A stretch of 64,000 nucleotides of DNA from Candidatus Eiseniibacteriota bacterium (GCA_963703225.1 OY969801.1:2976001-3040000), one strand, 5' to 3'. Shown: positions 36,011-46,409, numbered from the stretch's first letter. The notes: generated by a model not told the origin, from the sequence alone. A program made the numbers and translations.

Positions 36011-36804
36011 TCCAGATCAAACCCCAGATCCTCGTCGACATCATCGACGTCCTGATCGTGGCCTTCCTCTTCTACCGCCTCTTCGCCATGATCAAGGGGA
36101 CGCGCGCGGCCCAGATGTTCGTGGGGTTGGTGTTCATCGTCATCGCGTCGATCGTCGCCCAGTGGTTCCGGCTCAACGCGCTCAACTGGATCATCGGAAG
36201 CCTCAAGACCGTCTGGGTGATCCTCTTCGTGATCCTGTTCCAGCCCGAGCTGCGCGCGCTCTTGACGCACGTGGGGCAGAACCGGCTCCTGCGCGCCCTC
36301 ATCCGGGTCGGGGACGGCGGCGTGCTCAAGGAGATCCTGGGCGCGGTGGAGGACATGAGCAAGGAGCGGCGGGGCGCGCTCATCGTCGTCGAGCGCGACA
36401 TGGGACTTCGGGACTACATCGAGACCGGGACCAAGCTCGACGCCACGGTCACCAAGGAATTGCTGGAGACGGTCTTCACCCCGCACTCACCGCTCCACGA
36501 CGGCGCCGTGGTGATCCGCGGCGACCAGATCGCGGCGGCCGGCTGCATTCTGCCGCTCAGCCAGACTCCGGGCTTGTCGCCCATCCTCGGGACGCGGCAC
36601 CGCGCCGCGCTCGGCCTGGCGGAAGAGACGGACGCATGCGTCTTCGTGGTCTCGGAGGAGACCGGCGCCATTTCCATCGCCCACAAGGGCGAGCTGAAGT
36701 GGAACCTGGACGAGGGGCAGCTCCGGAGCGAGCTGGCGGCGATCTTCAACCCGCGGCCCGAGGAGACGCAGGACGTGGAGAAGGAGGCGACGCAAGGTGC
36801 GTAG
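36007..36804 (+). CDS. cdaA: Diadenylate cyclase
   Basis: 3 TMs, LFQPELR, PLHDGA, GTRHRAA. Confidence 0.95.
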   Translation: MIQIKPQILVDIIDVLIVAFLFYRLFAMIKGTRAAQMFVGLVFIVIASIVAQWFRLNALNWIIGSLKTVWVILFVILFQPELRALLTHVGQNRLLRALIRVGDGGVLKEILGAVEDMSKERRGALIVVERDMGLRDYIETGTKLDATVTKELLETVFTPHSPLHDGAVVIRGDQIAAAGCILPLSQTPGLSPILGTRHRAALGLAEETDACVFVVSEETGAISIAHKGELKWNLDEGQLRSELAAIFNPRPEETQDVEKEATQGA

Positions 36805-36807
36805 CTC

Positions 36808-37116
36808 TCATCCGTCCTGTACCTCCCAATGCACCACTGTGGGCTCCAGCTCGAGCAGGTAGCGCGAATCGAAGTCGTAGTACTTCGCCGCCTCGATCGA
36901 ATCGCCGGCGAACGCGCGGATGGCAGCCAGCGAGCTCCACAGGCTCAACGTCATCACGTGGGTGACATCACCGTCGCGACGGCTCACGACCCAGGCGTCG
37001 AGGTTGCCTGGGACGGCGCGATAGTCAGCGAGGGCGATCGGAGTCATTCGCGCCAGGTACTCGTTGGCCAGGTGCGTCGGGGTGATTCCGTGCCATGAAC
37101 GCATGATTCGAGACAT
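36808..37116 (-). CDS. ABM-family (dimeric alpha/beta barrel) protein
   Basis: MRSWHG...YRAVPGN...WSSLAAIRAFAG...AKYY. Confidence 0.75.
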   Translation of the reverse strand: MSRIMRSWHGITPTHLANEYLARMTPIALADYRAVPGNLDAWVVSRRDGDVTHVMTLSLWSSLAAIRAFAGDSIEAAKYYDFDSRYLLELEPTVVHWEVQDG

Positions 37117-37148
37117 GGGTCAGAGTCCTCGCGAAGAGTGAGCTTCGC

Positions 37149-38435
37149 CTATGTCCGAGGGACGCTCTCGGGCTTGATTTCGGAGAGGTCACGCAGTCTT
37201 GGGATGGGTGACTGGATGACGAACCAAAGGGCGCCCAGCGTGCCGACCGCGCCAACCACCATGGTGGCGCGTAGCCCAATCAGCTCTCCAAGCACACCGC
37301 CGATGATCGCGCCGATCGCGGCGGTGCCGGTTACCGCGAAACGGTACCCGGCATTCGTCCGCCCGAGCACATCGGAGCTGACCGATGCCTGGCGCACGCT
37401 GATCGCCTGTATGTTGTAGACCACCAACCCGATTCCATTGATTAGCAACGACAGGGAAATAATCGCGGCCGTGAGCACAACCCCGCCCGAGGCGAGCGGG
37501 ATCAGCAGGGGTGCGGTGTTGGCGATCACGATCGAGCCGATCAGTGTGGGACCCAACCCCCACCGCCGGCTGAACCGGGCCGCAATCACGCTCCCCATCA
37601 CAGCTCCGACCCCGGACATGGTGAGCACGATGCCGACCGCCGCAGGCGGGAAATGCAGGCCGCGCACCAGGTGCAGCACCAGGACCGCCCACAGGACCTG
37701 GTTGAATAGGTTGTAAACGGCGGCTTCGGCGCCCAGCGCGCACAGATAGGTGTTGCGCAGAAGAAGATTCAGCCCCTGGCCAATCTGCGCCAAGAATGCT
37801 TGGCGCGGCGCGGAGACGGGTCGCGGTGGGGACTCGACCCGCCGAATGAATAGGTTCGTGACCGCGGAGATCAGATAGGTCACGGCGTTGATCACGATGG
37901 CGACCGGCGCTGTCACCGAGCTGACCAGGATGCCAGCCACTCCCGGCCCGCTCATCTGCGCGAATGAACGGCTGCCCTCCAGCCTGCCGTTAGCCTCGAT
38001 GAGCCGCTCCCGGCTTACCAGCGATGGCACGAATGACTGGTACGCCAGGTCGAAGATCACGGTGAGCGCTCCCGCAAGGAATACCAGGGCGCAGAGCAAC
38101 CCGATGTCCATCATCTTGGACGCTGTGGCGAGCGGGATCAGCCCGACCAGCACCGCCCGCCCGAGGTTGGCACCGATGAGCAGCGGAAGCCGCCGGGTCC
38201 TGTCCACCCACACCCCGGCGACCAGGGTGAAGAGCAGGAACGGTGCGAATTCGGCCGCGTTGAGTAGACCCATCTGGAACGGAGTCGCGTTGAGCCACGT
38301 CACCGCGAGCAGCGGGATCGCCACCAGCGACACCTGGGCTCCAAGCATCGACAGCGACTCCCCCGACCAGAACTTCAGGAAATCCGAATCGCGCCACAAC
38401 GAGGCCTTGGGCTGTCCAACCGTCGCACCCTCCAT
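37149..38435 (-). CDS. MFS transporter
   Basis: 12 TMs; DFLKFWSGESLS, GVWVDRTRR; start trimmed to ATG 38435 (AGGAG RBS). Confidence 0.9.
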   Translation of the reverse strand: MEGATVGQPKASLWRDSDFLKFWSGESLSMLGAQVSLVAIPLLAVTWLNATPFQMGLLNAAEFAPFLLFTLVAGVWVDRTRRLPLLIGANLGRAVLVGLIPLATASKMMDIGLLCALVFLAGALTVIFDLAYQSFVPSLVSRERLIEANGRLEGSRSFAQMSGPGVAGILVSSVTAPVAIVINAVTYLISAVTNLFIRRVESPPRPVSAPRQAFLAQIGQGLNLLLRNTYLCALGAEAAVYNLFNQVLWAVLVLHLVRGLHFPPAAVGIVLTMSGVGAVMGSVIAARFSRRWGLGPTLIGSIVIANTAPLLIPLASGGVVLTAAIISLSLLINGIGLVVYNIQAISVRQASVSSDVLGRTNAGYRFAVTGTAAIGAIIGGVLGELIGLRATMVVGAVGTLGALWFVIQSPIPRLRDLSEIKPESVPRT

Positions 38436-38455
38436 AGCGGTATCACTCCTCATGT

Positions 38456-39031
38456 TCACGGACGTGGCTCGGGCCAGGGCCGTTCCGCAATGCGTTCCGT
38501 CCCACGCGGGGGTGCGGCCGCCGGCCCTGGCAGCTTGTACTGGACCACGTAGGAGTGTTTTCCGTGGTCGGTCGAGATCGTCATGATTCCGCTGAGGTCC
38601 TTCAGCTGATCGGTCCCCGAATTGGGAACGACGATGAGCCTCGGCCTGTAGTTGCCCCCAGGACTCATCACGCCCTGGTGGAGCAGCACGAATGTGCCCG
38701 CCCGGCCCTCCAGCGTCCCGCTGACCCTCTCGATCGCTACATATCCTCGAGACCCCTTGACGCTTGTGTCCACGGTCCACATCTCGCCCCTGCTGGCTCC
38801 GACGAGGTCGCCCCGGTACGTCTTGTCGATCGCCAGCCGACCTGAAGCGACGGTCTCCGTTCCACCGACAGCCACTGGGGCAACGCTGTCGTCGAAGGTC
38901 CCCGTCGCCCGACCTACGAGGGTGGAGCCCGATTCTTCGTTGGTTCGGCGCGACACCGCGCACGCCGAGAATGCCGCCGTAACACCCAAGCACAGCGCGG
39001 CAAGGCCGATCGTCTTCGTTAGCTTGTTCAT
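38456..39031 (-). CDS. DUF3224-family protein with lipoprotein-like signal
   Basis: FSAC lipobox; KTYRGDLVG, YVAIERVSGTLEGRAGTFVLLHQG, VVPNSGTDQL. Confidence 0.78.
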   Translation of the reverse strand: MNKLTKTIGLAALCLGVTAAFSACAVSRRTNEESGSTLVGRATGTFDDSVAPVAVGGTETVASGRLAIDKTYRGDLVGASRGEMWTVDTSVKGSRGYVAIERVSGTLEGRAGTFVLLHQGVMSPGGNYRPRLIVVPNSGTDQLKDLSGIMTISTDHGKHSYVVQYKLPGPAAAPPRGTERIAERPWPEPRP

Positions 39032-39095
39032 GGCTGCTCGAACCCCTTCCTGTCTCCGGCCATCATGGTCACGTTGCGCCGCGGCCATCAGGCGC

Positions 39096-39755
39096 TCATT
39101 GCTGGAGCCTCCAGCGGCGCACCTTGGCCAGGTTGCCGCAGTCGGCCATGTCACACCATCGGCGGCTCCGATTGCGGCTGGTATCAAGGAAAAGCCACCC
39201 GCATTCTTCGCCTCCGCACTGCTTGACCATTGCGAGATCCTCGGACATCAGCAGTTCCGCCGCGGACTTCACAACCGGTCCCAAGAAGCGGTCGCCGGGC
39301 GACGCCGAGGGGTCCGGGGCGAGGTCAAAGGGGCGGTGGCGGGTAGCGCGGGCGGCTGAGGCGACAAGGCGCTCGTGGGAGCGCGAGCGTCGCAACTCCC
39401 GGTTGATCCGCGCCAGGTCAGCCCGCTCCGGTGGCCACCCTTCCACCACCGCCTTGAAGAGGCGGTACAGCGCTTCGCGCAGGCGGCGGACGCGGCGGAG
39501 CAGCCGCGCCTCCCCCGTAGGCCCTGCGCGCAGGGCGCGTTCCAGGGTCGGCGCGTCCCGTTCGGATGCGACTCCCGCCACGCGTGCCCAGCGCACCAGG
39601 TCGGCGACGGTCTGCAGACGCTCCCACACGATCCGGTCGGCCCAGTCGCGCCCCCGTGCCCGCGGATTCGGGACCCGCCCCCCCACGGTGTTCACGAAAT
39701 CGAGGCAGGGCCGGCCCCCGACCAGCTTGAACGCTCCTCCAATCGCTTGGCTCAC
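39096..39755 (-). CDS. ABATE/CGNR zinc-finger domain putative regulator
   Basis: GRPCLDFVNT; CGGEECGWLFLDTSRNRSRRWCDMADCGNLAKVRR. Confidence 0.9.
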   Translation of the reverse strand: MSQAIGGAFKLVGGRPCLDFVNTVGGRVPNPRARGRDWADRIVWERLQTVADLVRWARVAGVASERDAPTLERALRAGPTGEARLLRRVRRLREALYRLFKAVVEGWPPERADLARINRELRRSRSHERLVASAARATRHRPFDLAPDPSASPGDRFLGPVVKSAAELLMSEDLAMVKQCGGEECGWLFLDTSRNRSRRWCDMADCGNLAKVRRWRLQQ

Positions 39756-39776
39756 CGCAAGATCCCCCCTCTCTGA

Positions 39777-39852
39777 GGTAACTACTATGATGCTATTGAC
39801 AGGTTACCGATTCCAAATGAATGTAACCTGCATCTAGAGATTAGATGGTTAC
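39777..39852. promoter_or_regulatory. Tandem inverted-repeat operator, GTAAC-N20-GTTAC x2
   Basis: Copies at 39778-39807 and 39823-39852 in the divergent intergenic gap; TTGACA at 39796-39801. Confidence 0.7.
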
Positions 39853-42271
39853 TACTCCGGGGTCAATTTGGATTCTCCTGGGCACTTCCGTCCGCGCGGG
39901 CGTCCTGGTCCTCGTCGCGACCCCCCTCGGCGCTCAGCCCTACGGCAGCCCGACGCCCTCGGCGGGCCACGTTCGCGCGCCGGTGTCGGTGCGCCGCCTC
40001 GACTCGGCGCCGGTCATCGATGGGGCTCTCGACGAGCCGGTGTGGCGCTCCGCCGCGCGCCTCGAGGGGTTCGTCCAGACGAAGCCGGGCGACAACACCG
40101 CGCCCTCGCGAGAGACGGTCGTGCTGATCGGATTGGACGCGCGGACGCTCTATTTCGCGATCCGGGCGTATGACGACTCGGCAGCGGTCCGCGCCAACAT
40201 GACCCCGCGCGACAACATCGGTGACGACGACGTTGTCGAGATCTTCCTCGACACCTTCGGCGACCGGCGCCACGCCTACGCCCTGGCTTTCAACCCCCTC
40301 GGCATCCAGGCGGACGGAGTTCTTACTGAGGGCGCCACAACGGCGGACTACAGCGTGGACATCGTGATGCAGTCGCGAGGGCGCCTGGACCGGGAGGGTT
40401 GGGCGGTAGAAGTCGCCATCCCCCTGTCCTCGCTACGCTACGCGACGAACCCTGGGCAGCTGTGGAACGTGCAGGTGCAGCGGCGTATCCGCCATCTCGA
40501 CGACGAGCAGGACTCGTGGATGCCGATGCGACGCGGGCTGGCGGGTTTCCTGACCCAAGCTGGTAGTCTCTCCGGGTTCGGGGACCTGCCGGGCGGGCGC
40601 ATCATCGAGGTCATACCGAGCGTCGCCGTGCTGGGCGAAGGTGCGCGCGTCCCAAGCCCCGATCCCGGAGCGTCGCCCTCCAGCTTCCGCGACTCGGCGC
40701 CGCGCACCGACCTCGGTCTCTCCGCCAAATTGGGCGTCAGCTCCGAGGTGAATGCCGATCTCGCCCTCAACCCCGACTTCGCGCAGGTGGAAGCCGATGC
40801 GCCGGTGGTGACCGCCAACCAGCGATTCCCTCTCTTTTTCGAAGAGAAACGCCCCTTCTTCCTAGAAGGTGTGGATCTGTTCCGCACTCCGCTCCAGGTG
40901 GTCCACACACGCGCGATCGTGGACCCGGTGGCGGCGGTCAAACTCACGGGGAAGACCGGCAGCACCGCGTTCGGAGTGCTCCTGGCCAGCGACGAGGCGC
41001 CCGGTCTCTACACCGAGGCCGAGCGCTCCGACACGCTGCTCCAGGCCGAGGTCTCTCGCCTCGGCGGCCGCAATAGCACCGTCGGCATCCTGCGCCTGAG
41101 GCGGGAGGTGGGCGCGGCCTCCACCATCGGGCTGCTCGCCACCGGCTACCGCTTCGTGGACCGAGACAACGTCACGTTGGGAACGGACACCCGCCTCGCG
41201 ATAGGGACGCGTCTGGTCGCGACGGCGGAGCTCATCGGTACCTGGGCCCGGCGCGCGTTCTACGATCCAGATAACGACCGCGAGGAGCTGCGAACGGGTC
41301 GCGGTCTCGGGTACCGTACAGTCGTTCAGCGCCCCGGCCGGCATCTCAACCTGACCCTCTCCGGCGAAGGACGCAGCCCGGATTATGTGGCGGAATCCGG
41401 TTTCACCACGCAGACCAACATCAACGACTGGGGCTTCGAGGCACGGTGGGACGCGGAGCCGCGACCGGGAGCACCACTCCTCTCATGGAGTGCCGCGCAC
41501 ACCACCTGGGTCGAGTTCGACTGGCAGGGGCGTATGAAGTACGCGTACTTGTGGCCACGAGCGACCTTCAACCTCCGGAGCCAGACCTCCGTGACGATCG
41601 GCCCCTATTCGGACTACCTGCGGCTATTCGAGGATGAGTTCGGCCCGCGGCGAAACGCGCGGCAGGCGGGAGCGTTTGCCGGGCCGGTCGAGCGCTCGAC
41701 CGTCTATCGCGGCTACACGATCAGCGGGAGTTCCACGCCCCTTCCACAGTGGACGGTAGCGGCGATGTTCGACCAGGCGTGGCAGGTATTCGACTACGAC
41801 TTCGGCGGCGGCCCGCGGTTTCCCCGCGTGAGCCCCGAGGGTCTGGCGAATCCTGCGGCGCCCTTGAATCCCGGACCGGGCCGGACCCATGACGCCAAGC
41901 TTTCCGTGACATGGCGGCCCTCGGCCGCGCTGCGCTTTGGCACCGACTACACCTGGAGCCGCCTGGTGCGGAACGACACGCACCTCCTCGCGTACGAGGA
42001 GAACCTCTGGTCGAGCCAGGTGGTATACCAGTTCAGCCGCTTCGCCTTCGCGCGCATCCGAACCGACTACCAGTCCTCGCGCTACAACCTTCGTCCCCAG
42101 CTGCTCCTGGCATGGGCGCCGAATCCGGGAACAGCCTTCTACATGGGGTACAACGAGGATCTCGCCGTCGGCGGCTACAAACCTTCCAACGGAAGGCGCC
42201 AGTCCGGCGTGAGTCGAAACAGTCGGACCATGTTCGTAAAGTTTTCCTATCTCATGCGCCGGCTGCTATAG
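39845..42271 (+). CDS. CBM9-like plus DUF5916 outer-membrane barrel protein
   Basis: PVIDGALDEPVW, NPLGIQAD, LNPDFAQVEAD, FFEEKRPFFLEG, C-terminal FVKFSYL. Confidence 0.85.
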   Translation: MVTTPGSIWILLGTSVRAGVLVLVATPLGAQPYGSPTPSAGHVRAPVSVRRLDSAPVIDGALDEPVWRSAARLEGFVQTKPGDNTAPSRETVVLIGLDARTLYFAIRAYDDSAAVRANMTPRDNIGDDDVVEIFLDTFGDRRHAYALAFNPLGIQADGVLTEGATTADYSVDIVMQSRGRLDREGWAVEVAIPLSSLRYATNPGQLWNVQVQRRIRHLDDEQDSWMPMRRGLAGFLTQAGSLSGFGDLPGGRIIEVIPSVAVLGEGARVPSPDPGASPSSFRDSAPRTDLGLSAKLGVSSEVNADLALNPDFAQVEADAPVVTANQRFPLFFEEKRPFFLEGVDLFRTPLQVVHTRAIVDPVAAVKLTGKTGSTAFGVLLASDEAPGLYTEAERSDTLLQAEVSRLGGRNSTVGILRLRREVGAASTIGLLATGYRFVDRDNVTLGTDTRLAIGTRLVATAELIGTWARRAFYDPDNDREELRTGRGLGYRTVVQRPGRHLNLTLSGEGRSPDYVAESGFTTQTNINDWGFEARWDAEPRPGAPLLSWSAAHTTWVEFDWQGRMKYAYLWPRATFNLRSQTSVTIGPYSDYLRLFEDEFGPRRNARQAGAFAGPVERSTVYRGYTISGSSTPLPQWTVAAMFDQAWQVFDYDFGGGPRFPRVSPEGLANPAAPLNPGPGRTHDAKLSVTWRPSAALRFGTDYTWSRLVRNDTHLLAYEENLWSSQVVYQFSRFAFARIRTDYQSSRYNLRPQLLLAWAPNPGTAFYMGYNEDLAVGGYKPSNGRRQSGVSRNSRTMFVKFSYLMRRLL

Positions 42272-42289
42272 GAACAGGCCTGAGCTCGG

Positions 42290-43231
42290 TCATGAGGTTG
42301 AGCGCAAGGGCCCGCGGCGCCCCTTTTGATACCCCGAGAGGTAGGCGAGGTCGTAGGCGACCTTGAGCGCGGGGACGAGGAAGATGGCCTCCAGAGCGGG
42401 GATTCGGCCGAGCCCGCGGCGCGCCTGGGACGCGATGAAGAGCGCGACCGCCGCCCAGAGCGCCCACCACGCGGGTCGAAACCAGAATCCGGCGATCAAG
42501 AGCGCCAACCCGGCGGCATACTTGGCCGCGATCGTTCCATAGAACCACGCCTGCACGCGCGACTCACCGTCCCCGATCCCAAACCGCCGATGCTGGTGCA
42601 TGAACGCCCCGAGATTTCCGCGGGGGCGCCAGCGCACGATCGCCTCGGGAGCGAAGGCGAATTTCGAGCCCGCGCGCTTCAACGCCAGCGCGAACGGGGT
42701 GTCCTCGTTGTGGGAGAGCGACTCGTCGAATCCGCCCACCCGGTCGAACGCCTTGCTTCGGAAGGCGACGGAACGGGTCGATGGCAGGAACCGCGCGTGG
42801 TCGATCTCGCCCAGGCTGGGAGCCGAGACGACGCCCGCCGCGCGCTCGAACGGAGTCGTGCCGTACGCTCGATAGAATCCGGCCACGACCTCCACGGCCG
42901 GATCCTCCTCAAAGGGGCGGACCATCCGGTCGAGCCACTCAGGCTCCACCTCGACGCCGGCGTCGGTGCAGGCGATGACCCCGTGCCTCGCCGCGCGGAC
43001 GGCCGCGTTCCTGCCGACGCTGCGGTTCCCGGGAGCGAGGAGCGCGTGGATTCGGGGGTCGGCGGCGGCGCGGGCGCTCAGCCGCTCGTAGGTGCCATCG
43101 GTCGAGCCGCCGTCCGCGATGACGATCTCGTCGGGAACCCGCGCGCCCCGGAGGAGCGAGTCGAGAAGCGCGTCGACCGCGGAGGCTTCGTTTCGGACCG
43201 TCGCGACGACGGTGACGGGCTCACGGCCCAC
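42290..43231 (-). CDS. Glycosyltransferase family 2
   Basis: VRNEA, IADGGSTDGT, GRNAAV, TDAG, NEDT; C-terminal TMs. Confidence 0.9.
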   Translation of the reverse strand: MGREPVTVVATVRNEASAVDALLDSLLRGARVPDEIVIADGGSTDGTYERLSARAAADPRIHALLAPGNRSVGRNAAVRAARHGVIACTDAGVEVEPEWLDRMVRPFEEDPAVEVVAGFYRAYGTTPFERAAGVVSAPSLGEIDHARFLPSTRSVAFRSKAFDRVGGFDESLSHNEDTPFALALKRAGSKFAFAPEAIVRWRPRGNLGAFMHQHRRFGIGDGESRVQAWFYGTIAAKYAAGLALLIAGFWFRPAWWALWAAVALFIASQARRGLGRIPALEAIFLVPALKVAYDLAYLSGYQKGRRGPLRSTS

Positions 43232-43259
43232 GGATCGGGTGAGCCCGCGCCGGCGGCGG

Positions 43260-46007
43260 TTACCAGCCGCCCGGACGGGTCTCCGCCACCGCGTAGGGCC
43301 GGCGGCCGAACTCGTCGTACTCGAAATATTTCAAGCCGACCCGGCGGAGGTCGTCCGCCGTGACGGCGTCGATCCTCGAGGGGAGGATCAACGGATAGTC
43401 GAGGGCGAGGCCGAACAGCTCGCCCCTCCCCGCCTGGAACGCCCGGGCGGTGTTCGAGCCGAACAGGTTCAGGTAGCCGGCCGCCGCGTGCGTCTTCGCG
43501 TAACGCAGCGTGTCGGCCAACTCGCCGGTCAGCGATAGGAAGGCCACTTTCTTGAACTGACGGAAGAGCAAATTCGCCGCGGTCTCTTCCGAAGGGGTCC
43601 CGACCACGGTGACCGACGCGATGATCGGAGATTCGTCGATGGCGTGCGAGACGATCGAGTTGGCGTCCTTCACGAAATCGTTGGTTTTCAGGTACTGCTG
43701 GAACCATCCCCGCGGTCCGCTGAGCAGAGAATTGGCGACATACAACTCGGGGATGTCGTTGCTCCTGGCGGGCGGCCCATTGAAGGCGAGCGTCAGCGTG
43801 CAATCCGCCCCGGCACCCAGCTCCCATTTCTCCCGGAAACCGTCGAATTCGCCCTCCTTGACAATCGTCCCGGGCTCGAAGGGGTGGTCGGAGAGCTCGC
43901 CGAACGCCGCGTCCACAGCCGGCCCGACATCCGCCGCCCGAACGTCGCCGAAGACCGAGACCACGGTGTTGCCGCGGACCACGAATTTTCGATACCAGCT
44001 TTCCACATCGGTCAACGGCATGCTGATCAGGTTCTTTCGGGTTCCCAATCCGGGTAGGCGGTAGCCACTCATCACGTATTTGGTGGAGAAGATGAGGCGT
44101 GCGCGTTGGGCGGCGTCGTCGTCGAGCCACCTGTCGAGCGCGCCCAATACGTAAATCCGCGTCGCGTCGACGGTGACGGTGTCCAGGTCGGGATGCGAGA
44201 ACATGGCGCCAAGCCGGGTGAGGGCTTCCTTCCAGGAATCCGCGGAGACCGAAAGTGAGACGCCCCAAATATCCCGGTCCTGGTAGGGAACGAGACGGCC
44301 CAGATCGGGCAGCGAGCTGCGGTAGGCGACACCCCCCGCCCGCGCGTCCACGGAGTTCAGGAGGGTTTCCTTCAGGAGCGCGGTGACGCCGTTGTTCTTG
44401 TCGTTCTCGTATCGCACGCCGCCGCCCAGGAAAACCGCGATCGTTACGAGCGGAGTGCTTCGATCCTCGCCCGAGACGACGCGGAGTCCGCCGCGCAGCA
44501 CCGTGCGCTCGACCCGCGAGCGCCCTGCGTCGAGGGGGGTCGACGGGATCTGACCGAGCGGGGCGTCGATGCGCTGCCGCCGATCTTGATCGGAGCTCTG
44601 CGTGACCTTCGGGCCCTGGCCGAATGCGGACGCGTTGATGCCCATCTTCTCCCGGATCCGCTTCTCGAGGTCGCCGCGCAGATCGAGGCTGTCGGCGGTC
44701 CGGCTCGGCATCATCTCCACGATCGCGGCCTGCTTCAGGTCGAGGTACCGATTCGCGACGGCCACGAGGTCCTCGGGCCGGATCGCCTTGAGCCGGCGCG
44801 TGTAGACCTCATCGGCGCCGGGTCGGCCCTGGAGGCAGGCGAACGCGGTGGACCGCCCCAAACCCCATAACTCGGCCTGAAAGAAAAGGTCTCGGGAAAG
44901 TATCGCGTTGACCCCCGCGTTCAGCTCGTCCTGTGTGACGGGAGTCGATCGGGCCTGCTCGATGAATGTGAGGAGCGCGCTCTCGGCGTCGCGCATGCGC
45001 TCCGGCTCGGCGCGGACCGAGAGCGTCACCGTGCCCCCATCCTCCTCGAACGCGCGATGCGCGGCCGCCACGGTGAACTCCCCACCGCCCCCCGCGAGCT
45101 TCTTCTGGGCGCGTGACGTGGGGCTGTCGACCAGGACGGCCATGAGGACGTCCAGGGCCAACGCGTCGGCGCTTCCCCAGACGGGGGCGCGAAACGCGGC
45201 TGAGAAGGCGGCTCCCGGCGTGTCGCCGGGATTGGGCGCAAACATGATGCGCGGTGAGGTGAGCGGCTTCTCAGCCACTTTGACGCGAGGCGGCGCTTTG
45301 TCCTTGGACGCATCCTGGAAGGCGGTCTCCACCTTCTGCGCGACGACCTCGGGATCGACGTCGCCGACCACGACGACCATCATGTTTTCGGCGACGTAGT
45401 GCTCGTCGTAGAAGCGCCGCGCGACCGACAGGATCACGGCCGACAGCTCCAGCTCGGGCACGGCGAGCGGCGACGTGAGCGGCGTCCCGGAGTGAAGCTG
45501 CTCGCGCGCCGGGTTGATCGATGCACGCTCCGGCGTCGCCAGGACCCCCCGAGATTCCGTCCGGGCCTCGGCGATCGCCTTCTCGAGATCCTTGGGATCC
45601 ATTCGCGGATGCGTCACGACGTCGCTCAGGACGTCGATACCCACGCCGAGCGAGCGGGCGGGGATCGTCACCTGGAAGAGCGAGTAGTTGTATCCGACCT
45701 CGGTTCGGTAGGAGCCACCGTAGAGGGCGAGGTCCGACTCGATGGTGCCGGGGGGCCGGCTCTTGGTCGCTTGAAATAGCATCCGCGCGAGAGCCACCGA
45801 AGTGCCGCGCTCCTGGCGAGACTCGTCCCGAAATCCCGCCTTGACCCAGACTTGAATGGAGACGAGCGGACGGGTGCGATTCTCGCGGACCACGAGCGTC
45901 ATCTTGTTGGGGAGCGTGCGGATCAGATTTGGGGCGGCGGGGACCGAGGCCGGCAGCCCGACGAGGGCCGCCAGGACGATGACAGGAGCGAGGCGCATGC
46001 GACGCAA
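43260..46007 (-). CDS. Secreted M16 (pitrilysin) family protein lacking HxxEH
   Basis: TLPNKMTLVVRE...VWVKAG, YVAENMMVVVVGDVD, second half VLRGGLRV; zinc-site position reads GTSVALARMLFQAT. Confidence 0.85.
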   Translation of the reverse strand: MRRMRLAPVIVLAALVGLPASVPAAPNLIRTLPNKMTLVVRENRTRPLVSIQVWVKAGFRDESRQERGTSVALARMLFQATKSRPPGTIESDLALYGGSYRTEVGYNYSLFQVTIPARSLGVGIDVLSDVVTHPRMDPKDLEKAIAEARTESRGVLATPERASINPAREQLHSGTPLTSPLAVPELELSAVILSVARRFYDEHYVAENMMVVVVGDVDPEVVAQKVETAFQDASKDKAPPRVKVAEKPLTSPRIMFAPNPGDTPGAAFSAAFRAPVWGSADALALDVLMAVLVDSPTSRAQKKLAGGGGEFTVAAAHRAFEEDGGTVTLSVRAEPERMRDAESALLTFIEQARSTPVTQDELNAGVNAILSRDLFFQAELWGLGRSTAFACLQGRPGADEVYTRRLKAIRPEDLVAVANRYLDLKQAAIVEMMPSRTADSLDLRGDLEKRIREKMGINASAFGQGPKVTQSSDQDRRQRIDAPLGQIPSTPLDAGRSRVERTVLRGGLRVVSGEDRSTPLVTIAVFLGGGVRYENDKNNGVTALLKETLLNSVDARAGGVAYRSSLPDLGRLVPYQDRDIWGVSLSVSADSWKEALTRLGAMFSHPDLDTVTVDATRIYVLGALDRWLDDDAAQRARLIFSTKYVMSGYRLPGLGTRKNLISMPLTDVESWYRKFVVRGNTVVSVFGDVRAADVGPAVDAAFGELSDHPFEPGTIVKEGEFDGFREKWELGAGADCTLTLAFNGPPARSNDIPELYVANSLLSGPRGWFQQYLKTNDFVKDANSIVSHAIDESPIIASVTVVGTPSEETAANLLFRQFKKVAFLSLTGELADTLRYAKTHAAAGYLNLFGSNTARAFQAGRGELFGLALDYPLILPSRIDAVTADDLRRVGLKYFEYDEFGRRPYAVAETRPGGW

Positions 46008-46066
46008 ATCCTCCGAGGCGGATGAATGTCTCAGGACCAGTGGAATACTTTACTCCATCGCTACCG

Positions 46067-46103
46067 AAAAACGAACCCCGACGGGGAGAACCCCGACGGG
46101 GTT
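46067..46103 (-). terminator. Intrinsic terminator after the csp gene
   Basis: Minus strand AACCCCGTCGGGG-TTCT-CCCCGTCGGGGTT followed by CGTTTTT. Confidence 0.7.
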
Positions 46104-46137
46104 GGATGATCCATGACGCGGTTCTACTCGGCGCCCC

Positions 46138-46347
46138 TCAGGCGTCGAGCTTCACGACGTTCCCGGCCTGTTTCCCCTTTTGTCCCTCGATCGGCTCAAA
46201 CTCGACGATCTGCCCTTCGGCCAGCGTGCGGAATCCCTCCGCCTGAATTGCCGAATGGTGGACGAAAAACTCCTCCCCCGAATCTTCCCGGATGAATCCG
46301 TACCCCTTCGCCTCGCTGAACCACTTGACCGATCCGCGGTGCTTCAA
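46138..46347 (-). CDS. Cold-shock domain protein
   Basis: [15 protein letters not shown]...FVHHSAI; TTG start with GGAAGGAGG RBS. Confidence 0.92.
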   Translation of the reverse strand: MKHRGSVKWFSEAKGYGFIREDSGEEFFVHHSAIQAEGFRTLAEGQIVEFEPIEGQKGKQAGNVVKLDA

Positions 46348-46409
46348 GTGCGGGTGCCCTCCTTCCGGTCCGAGATGGTCGGTCGGGAATCCTCGGTATC
46401 GCCGACTAC

